From the NCBI GenBank assembly GCA_946612175.1, contig CAMOEO010000001.1, positions 1-31,925 of the forward strand: a stretch of 31,925 nt of DNA, given 5' to 3'. Position 1 is the first letter of the stretch. Every line of letters begins with the position of its first letter. The translations under genes and the position numbers were made by a program. Below, piece by piece: positions 26,610 through 31,925 of this stretch. Under the pieces are notes generated by a model. The model saw only the letters and a program-made list of their open reading frames with translations, searched no databases and was not told where the DNA came from. This stretch comes from an uncultured Verrucomicrobiota bacterium (GTDB lineage: Bacteria > Verrucomicrobiota > Kiritimatiellia > RFP12 > UBA3636).

Positions 26610-27346
26610 GACGGCACCACCTCCACGCCGCTCCATTCCTTGACGAGCCGCGCCACCTTCCGCGCCTCTCTCGCGTCCATCAGGAACCGGCACGGCCGCC
26701 CGACCTCCGCGCGCACCGCGGCGAGGAACCCCGCCACGTCGCCCGGCGCGCCCTTTCCGCGGACGAGCGCCGCGCGCACGGGCTGCCGCGCGCCCGCGGC
26801 CACGAGGCGCAGGCACGGCGGATCGCCCGGCGAAGGCTCGACGAACGCCGCGAGCACCAGCGTGTTGGCGGCGCGCGCCTCCCGCCGCATCGCCGCCGGC
26901 GCGGGCCGCGCGACGCGTCCCGCCGGGAGCAGCCCGACCTCCGGCGCGCGGAGCGCGGCGCGGACCGTCACGACGCTCACGGGCATCCCCATCCGTCGCG
27001 CCACGAGCGCCGCCGCCTTCTCCGCCGTCCACACCGTCGGCCGGCGCCCCTTCCGAACGGGCCGCGCGAGCGCCTTGCGCAGCGAGGCGAGAAACCGCGC
27101 GGAGAGCGCCACGCGCCGCCCGACCTCCCCCCGCACGGCGAGCGCCGCCTCCCCGCCGCGGGCCCAGGCGCGGCGGACGTTCCACACGGTCTGGCGCGAC
27201 ACGTCGTGGCGTTCCGCGATGCGCGCGGGCGCCACCCCGGCGCGCAGATCGGCCAGGATGCGGAGCCGCCGCCGGGTCAGCTCCTCGCCTTTCGTCCGCG
27301 GCCGGTGCGGGGCGGAGCCGGCCTTCGCTTGCGGGGGTGTCTTCAT
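26570..27346 (-). CDS. IS630-family transposase-derived winged-helix protein with a degenerate, truncated DDE domain, 258 aa
   Basis: RRLRILADLRAGVAPARIAERHDVSRQTVWNVRRAWARGGEAAL and WTAEKAAALVARRMGMPVSVVTVRAAL resemble the IS630 HTH pair. FLAAVRAEVGRPCRFLMD resembles the second-Asp region. No first DE motif and no SPELNPIE motif. GGAG lies 9 nt before ATG 27346. Confidence 0.65.
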   Translation of the reverse strand: MKTPPQAKAGSAPHRPRTKGEELTRRRLRILADLRAGVAPARIAERHDVSRQTVWNVRRAWARGGEAALAVRGEVGRRVALSARFLASLRKALARPVRKGRRPTVWTAEKAAALVARRMGMPVSVVTVRAALRAPEVGLLPAGRVARPAPAAMRREARAANTLVLAAFVEPSPGDPPCLRLVAAGARQPVRAALVRGKGAPGDVAGFLAAVRAEVGRPCRFLMDAREARKVARLVKEWSGVEVVPSTQRARRPLPSSE

Positions 27347-27366
27347 GGCGCGGTTCTCCAGGGGTC

Positions 27367-30300
27367 TTACGCGGGCTTCGGCAGGCGGAAGAAGAGGGCG
27401 TAGAAGACCGGGATGACGACGAGCGTGAGGAGGGTGGCGAAGGCCAGGCCGCACATCACGGTGACGGACATCGCGGCGTAGAACGGGTCGGCGACGAGCG
27501 GGATCATCCCCAGGACGGTCGTCGCGGCCGCGAGGCCCAGCGGGCGCAGGCGCGTGACGCCCGCCGAGAGCACCGCGTCGACCGGCGCGTCGCCGGCGGC
27601 CAGCCGGGCGTTGATCTCGTCGATGATCACGATCGCGTTCTTGATCTGCATCCCGATGAGCGAGAGCAGGCCCAGCAGCGCCATGAAGCCGAAGGGCTGG
27701 TCGAAGAGCAGCAGCCCCGCGACGACGCCGACGAGGATGAGCGGCACGGTGCAGAAGATGACGAGCGGCTTGCGGATGGAGTTGAAGAGGAACACGGTGA
27801 TGAGGAACATCAGCGCGACGATGGACGGCAGCTTCGCGAAGATGCTGGCGTTGGCGTTTTCGGAGCTCTCCGCCTCGCCGCCCCATTCGACCCGGTAGCC
27901 CTCCGGGAAGGTGGCGGCGAGCTCCTCGATGCGCGGGCGGAGGCGCGCGACGGCGGCGGCGGCGTTCTCGCCGAGCCCGGGATTGGCCTTGACGGTGAGG
28001 CAGAGGAGGCGGTTGCGGCGCTTGATGATGGGATCCTCGGAGGCGGTCTCGAACCGGGTGAGGACCTGCATCAGGGGGATGGACCGGCCGAGGGAGTCGG
28101 GCCGGAACCAGGCGGCGGCGAGGGCGTCGGGGTCGTTGCGCTCGGACTCAGGGGCGCGGAGGCGGATGTCGAGCGACTCGTCGCCCTCGAGCCAGGTGCC
28201 GATGGAGACGCCGTCGGTGGCGGCCCGGAGGGCCTTGGCGACCTCCTGGCGGGTGATGCCGAGGGCGCGGAGGCGGGCCGGGGAGACGACGGGGCGCACG
28301 AGGTCGGTGCGGTTGCGCCAGTCGGTCTGCACTTCGACGAGGCGGCCGTCGGCGTGGAAGGCGTCGAGGGCCTTCTGGCCGAGGCGGCGGACGGTGTCGG
28401 CGTCGGTGCCGAGGATGCGGAGCTGGATCTTCTGCGCGTCGCCGGGGCCGAGGGCGAAGCGCTGGCAGGAGACCATCGCGTCGGGGAGGTTCGCGGAGGA
28501 GAACTCGTCGACCTTGGCGGTGATCTCGGGGACGCGCCGGTAGTCGTCGAGGTCGACGAAGAGGATGCCGTAGGCGGCATCGTCGTTCTCGGCGGCGTAG
28601 GTGAGCATGAAGCGCAGGCCGCCGGTGCCGGCCAGCTGGGTGGTGCCGGTGACGCCGTCGAGGGTGCGGACGTATTCGGCGAGGGTCGTGAGGCCGCGGT
28701 CGGTGGCGCGGATGGAGGTGCCCTCGGGCATCCAGAAGTGGACCATCATCTGCCGGCGCGTGGAGTCCGGGAAGAAGATCTGCCGGACGCTTCCGAAGCC
28801 CTTGAAGGCGGCGAGGAGCATCACGGCCATCGCGGCGAGGACGAGGAAGCGGTGGCGGAGGCAGGCGGCGAGGGCGGCGCGGTAGACGCGGTAGAACCGG
28901 CCGCCGTAGGGGTCGGCGTCCGCCGCGCCCGCCTTCTTCCTGCCGGACGTGAGGAAGTCGGCGGAGAGCAGCGGCGTGAGGGCGATCGCGAAGACCCAGG
29001 AGAAGAGCAGCGACACCATCAGGACGATGAAGAGCGAGCGGCAGTATTCGCCGGAGGAGTCCTGCGAGGCGCCGACGGGGGCGAAGGAGAGGATGGCGAT
29101 GACGGTGCCGCCGAGGAGCGGCCACATGTTCTGCGCCACGACCTCGCAGGCGGCCTTGACCTTGTCGAGGCCCTTCTGGGCGGCGACGAGGACGGCGTCG
29201 CAGACGACGATGGAGTTGTCGACGAGCATTCCGAGCGCGATGATGAAGGCGCCGAGCGAGATGCGCTCCATCAGGACGCCCTGCTGCTTCATCACGGCGA
29301 GGGTGGCCATCACCGTGAGGACCAGGACGCCGCCGATGATGAGGCCCGAGCGGAGGCCCATGAAGAAGAGGAGGACGGCGATGACGATGACGACGGCCTC
29401 GAGCAGGTTGACCATGAAGCCCGAGATGGCGGCCTCGACGGTCTCGGCCTGGTTGGAGATCATCCCGATCTCGATGCCGACGGGGGTGGTGGGCTCGAGC
29501 TCCCGGAGGCGCTGCTCGAGGGCCTTCGCCATCACGGTGACGTTGCCGCCGGAGACGGTGGAGACGCCGAGGGCGATGCAGGGGTGGCCGTTGTAGCGCA
29601 GGATCGCGGAGGGCGGGTCCTCGTAGCCGCGGCGGATGGTCGCGAGGTCGCGGAGGCGGACGGAGGGGCGGGTCGCGGAGTCGCTGCGGACGACGAGCAG
29701 GTCGCCGAGCTCGTCGAGGGAGCCGAGCTTGCCGGTGGGGTCGATGCGGATGTACTTGTCGCCGACGGTGAGGTGGCCGGCCTGGACGGCCTGGTTCTGG
29801 CCGGCGATGAGGGCCTGGATCTCGGAGAGGGGGACGCCGAGGCGGGCGAGGCGGGCGCGGGAGATCTCGAAGTAGACGACCTCGTCCCGGTCGCCGGTCA
29901 TGTCGATCTTGGCCACCTGGTCGCAGAGCAGGAGCTCGCGGCGGAGGGTCTTCGCGTAGTCCTTGAGCTCCGCCAGCGAGTAGCCGTCGCCGTAGATGAC
30001 GAAATACATCCCGTAGACGTCGCCGAAGTCGTCGACCACGATCGGCCTGCCGCACCCCGCCGGCAGGGACGCGGCGTGGTCGTTCACCTTGCGGCGGAGC
30101 TCGTCCCAGACCTGCGGAAGCGTGGACTTGTCGTATTGGTCCTGCATCTCGACGGAGATGATGGAGCGCCCGGCGTAGGAGGTGGAGGAGACCTCCTTGA
30201 CCTGGCCCATCTGCTGGATCGCGGTCTCGAGCGGGTCCGTGAGCTCGGAGGCGACCTCGGCGGCGGTGGCGCCGGGCCAGTAGGTGACGACCTGGGCGAC

Positions 30301-30429
30301 CTTGATCGTGTATTCCGGGTCCTCGAGGCGGCCGATCGTCCGGTAGGCCGAGATGCCCGCCGCGAAGAAGACGAGCGATAGCGTCCAGGTGAGGACCTTG
30401 CGGTCGATGAAGAATTTCGCGATGTTCAT
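27367..30429 (-). CDS. RND efflux permease, AcrB/AcrD/AcrF family (GRLEDP subtype), 1020 aa
   Basis: N-terminal TM followed by GRLEDPEYTIK, DDFGDVYG, GMLVDNSIVV, GMQIKNAIV and RLRP; 12-TM, two-periplasmic-loop layout. Confidence 0.93.
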   Translation of the reverse strand: MNIAKFFIDRKVLTWTLSLVFFAAGISAYRTIGRLEDPEYTIKVAQVVTYWPGATAAEVASELTDPLETAIQQMGQVKEVSSTSYAGRSIISVEMQDQYDKSTLPQVWDELRRKVNDHAASLPAGCGRPIVVDDFGDVYGMYFVIYGDGYSLAELKDYAKTLRRELLLCDQVAKIDMTGDRDEVVYFEISRARLARLGVPLSEIQALIAGQNQAVQAGHLTVGDKYIRIDPTGKLGSLDELGDLLVVRSDSATRPSVRLRDLATIRRGYEDPPSAILRYNGHPCIALGVSTVSGGNVTVMAKALEQRLRELEPTTPVGIEIGMISNQAETVEAAISGFMVNLLEAVVIVIAVLLFFMGLRSGLIIGGVLVLTVMATLAVMKQQGVLMERISLGAFIIALGMLVDNSIVVCDAVLVAAQKGLDKVKAACEVVAQNMWPLLGGTVIAILSFAPVGASQDSSGEYCRSLFIVLMVSLLFSWVFAIALTPLLSADFLTSGRKKAGAADADPYGGRFYRVYRAALAACLRHRFLVLAAMAVMLLAAFKGFGSVRQIFFPDSTRRQMMVHFWMPEGTSIRATDRGLTTLAEYVRTLDGVTGTTQLAGTGGLRFMLTYAAENDDAAYGILFVDLDDYRRVPEITAKVDEFSSANLPDAMVSCQRFALGPGDAQKIQLRILGTDADTVRRLGQKALDAFHADGRLVEVQTDWRNRTDLVRPVVSPARLRALGITRQEVAKALRAATDGVSIGTWLEGDESLDIRLRAPESERNDPDALAAAWFRPDSLGRSIPLMQVLTRFETASEDPIIKRRNRLLCLTVKANPGLGENAAAAVARLRPRIEELAATFPEGYRVEWGGEAESSENANASIFAKLPSIVALMFLITVFLFNSIRKPLVIFCTVPLILVGVVAGLLLFDQPFGFMALLGLLSLIGMQIKNAIVIIDEINARLAAGDAPVDAVLSAGVTRLRPLGLAAATTVLGMIPLVADPFYAAMSVTVMCGLAFATLLTLVVIPVFYALFFRLPKPA

Positions 30430-30496
30430 GGGAGGGTCGGGAGGGTCGCTCCGCGGCGGGCGGCGGCTGCGCCGCGTCCGCGTGGAGCGGAGGGGG

Positions 30497-31774
30497 CTAC
30501 GGCTTCAGGCAGGAAATCGGGCAGACGACGACGCCGTCCTCCTTGCGGCGGTAGGCGAAGTCGCCGTCCGCGACGACGACCATCCGGAACGCGGGCGGCT
30601 TCGTCTTCTTTCCGTCCACCTTTCCGGCCAGCGCCTGGAGGGAGCCGACGCCCTTCTCGATCAAAGGCGCGCCGCCGAGCTTGATCTCCACGAGGCCGTA
30701 GTCGCCGTTCCGGAGGTGGACGACGGCGTCGCATTCCAGGCCGCTCTTGTCCCGGTAGTGCCGGACCGTTCCGCCAAGGGCTTCCGCGTAGACGCGAAGG
30801 TCTCGGACGACGAGCGTTTCGAAGAAGAGTCCGTAGGTCGAAAGGTCGGACAGCAGGTCGGCTGGGCCGAGGCCGAGCGCGGCGGCCGCGACGGAGGGGT
30901 CCGAAAAGTAGCGCGTGTCCGTCGTGCGGACCGGGGTCTTGCAGCGCAGGTTCGGGCACCAGGCGGGCATGTCCTCGACGACGAAGAGCTTCCGCAGGGC
31001 GCCGAGGTAGGAGGCCACGGTGTCCTCCGAGAACGAGTCGGTCTCGTTGGCGGCCACGTCGTCCCGGATCGCCGTGGCGGCTGCCTGGGAACCCTGCAGC
31101 CGGGCGAGGCTCCGAAGGACGCGGCGGGCCGTTTCGGGGTCGCGGGAAACGCCGTCGATCCGGGAGATGTCGCTTTCCGCGACGGTTTCGACATAGTCGG
31201 GCGCGTGGGCGAGCGCCCGGCGTCCGCGCATGCCGACGGCGGCCGGCCAGCCGCCGCGGCAGACGGCGAAGGCCAGCGCGTCGAAGTCCGCGCCCGCGCG
31301 GGCTCCCGTCGGATCGGCGCCCGCGAAGAGATCGCCGAGGGACACCTCTCCGGAGGATTCGCCGCTCTCCCACAGCGTCATCGTCCGCATCCGGAGGCGC
31401 GTGATGCGGCCGATGCCCGTGTGGAGCGTCGCGTCCGCCTTCGGGGGAACGGTCGAGCCGGTCAGGATGAACAGCCCCTGCGCGCGGGCGCGGTCGACCG
31501 CATGCCGAACCGCGTCCCAGAGCGCCGGCGCGATCTGCCATTCGTCGATGAGACGGGGCTTGTCCCCCTCCAGGAGACGGCTCGGCCGGATGGCCGCCAG
31601 TTCGAGGTTCTGGGCGAGCCGATCCGGCTCGTCCAGATACAGGACGCTCTTCGCCGCCTGTTCCGCGGTCGTCGTCTTGCCGCACCATTTCAGCCCTTCG
31701 ACGAGGACGGCGCCCTTGACTTCGAGGGCTTCCGCAAGCCGCCCGTCCGCGATTCGCTTTCGGTAGGTTTCCAT
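30497..31774 (-). CDS. AAA_14-type ATPase with C-terminal DUF4143 (PD-(D/E)xK-like) domain, 425 aa
   Basis: Walker A GLKWCGKTT, Walker B LIDEWQ, ILTGS, GGWP, YFSDPS, GLFFETLV and ECDAVV...GLVEIK. The start at 31774 is supported by the promoter. Confidence 0.88.
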   Translation of the reverse strand: METYRKRIADGRLAEALEVKGAVLVEGLKWCGKTTTAEQAAKSVLYLDEPDRLAQNLELAAIRPSRLLEGDKPRLIDEWQIAPALWDAVRHAVDRARAQGLFILTGSTVPPKADATLHTGIGRITRLRMRTMTLWESGESSGEVSLGDLFAGADPTGARAGADFDALAFAVCRGGWPAAVGMRGRRALAHAPDYVETVAESDISRIDGVSRDPETARRVLRSLARLQGSQAAATAIRDDVAANETDSFSEDTVASYLGALRKLFVVEDMPAWCPNLRCKTPVRTTDTRYFSDPSVAAAALGLGPADLLSDLSTYGLFFETLVVRDLRVYAEALGGTVRHYRDKSGLECDAVVHLRNGDYGLVEIKLGGAPLIEKGVGSLQALAGKVDGKKTKPPAFRMVVVADGDFAYRRKEDGVVVCPISCLKP

Positions 31775-31782
31775 ACCGCACG

Positions 31783-31812
31783 ATTCTAGGCGAATTCCCG
31801 AGGAATTGTCAA
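31783..31812 (-). promoter_or_regulatory. Near-consensus sigma70 promoter, probably leaderless, for the ATPase gene
   Basis: TTGACA (31812-31807), 18 nt, TAGAAT (31788-31783), 8 nt, ATG at 31774. Confidence 0.75.
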
Positions 31813-31814
31813 GT

Positions 31815-31879
31815 CGTTCGGCGAGTTGGCGAAATTTCGTTCGGCGAGTTGGCGAAATTTCGTTCGGCGAGTTGGCGAA
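31815..31879. repeat. 23-bp perfect tandem repeat, 2.8 copies
   Basis: CGTTCGGCGAGTTGGCGAAATTT at 31815 and 31838, with 19 nt of a third copy at 31861. Each junction creates the palindrome CGAAATTTCG. Confidence 0.95.
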
Positions 31880-31925
31880 GCGGAGCGGGGCTAGGGTTGG
31901 GCGGCCTTGCACGGCGTGGCGGGGT

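Noticed and set aside
23216-30381. Long ORFs 23840..26491 (-), 24088..26643 (+), 27337..30381 (+) and 28148..30055 (-), plus the upstream extensions of pepN (23216) and the HTH gene (27886)
   Set aside because: Shadow frames of pepN and the RND gene in very high-GC DNA. The extensions overlap neighbouring genes, and better starts have promoter or SD support.
27367-30429. Non-canonical proton-relay residues in the RND permease (VDNS instead of VDDA; Ala at the AcrB T978-equivalent position)
   Set aside because: To my knowledge these variants are common in the GRLEDP subtype, and one Asp, the Lys and the Arg are retained, so they are not evidence of inactivation.
30430-30447. 9-bp tandem duplication GGGAGGGTC directly before the RND start codon
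   Set aside because: Only two copies of a low-complexity unit, and it is in the wrong orientation to be an SD for the RND gene. No supportable function.
671-31839. Recurring GCGAA/TTCG inverted half-sites at 671-683, 2554-2574 and 31829-31839 as one regulon
   Set aside because: Spacing between half-sites differs at each site, which argues against a single transcription factor, and the half-site is short.

Overview
High-GC bacterial chromosomal window. The lineage is probably PVC (Kiritimatiellia-like); this is inferred from protein style only. Gene order: partial class I fumarate hydratase alpha domain (-), SlyB-like lipoprotein (+), membrane-anchored carbon-nitrogen hydrolase (-), an AT-rich regulatory tract, two Hsp20 genes (+), M28/glutaminyl-cyclase-like lipoprotein, GT9 glycosyltransferase and mnmG (+), then a three-gene secreted-protein operon (+: 863-aa NHL protein, 227-aa coiled-coil protein, 3347-aa Ca-binding/LamG giant), mutL (-), pepN (+), an IS630-derived HTH protein (-), an RND permease (-) and an AAA_14/DUF4143 ATPase (-). 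Main observations: (1) four parS palindromes inside mnmG, three amplified as an in-frame 69-bp tandem repeat; (2) the NHL and giant proteins share an internal module and a C-terminal TL[EQ]x4LxxPxW...FFR[VI] domain, with no secretion machinery in the window, and the giant gene is a codon-usage mosaic; (3) MutL has lost all four Cys/His residues of its endonuclease metal-binding motifs; (4) five genes have a -10 box 7-8 nt before the ATG, suggesting leaderless mRNAs; (5) a 41-bp spacer-less array cuts off a degenerate IS630 transposase just before its last catalytic motif. No rRNA, tRNA or CRISPR array was seen. All family calls come from motif recognition by eye, not from database searches.
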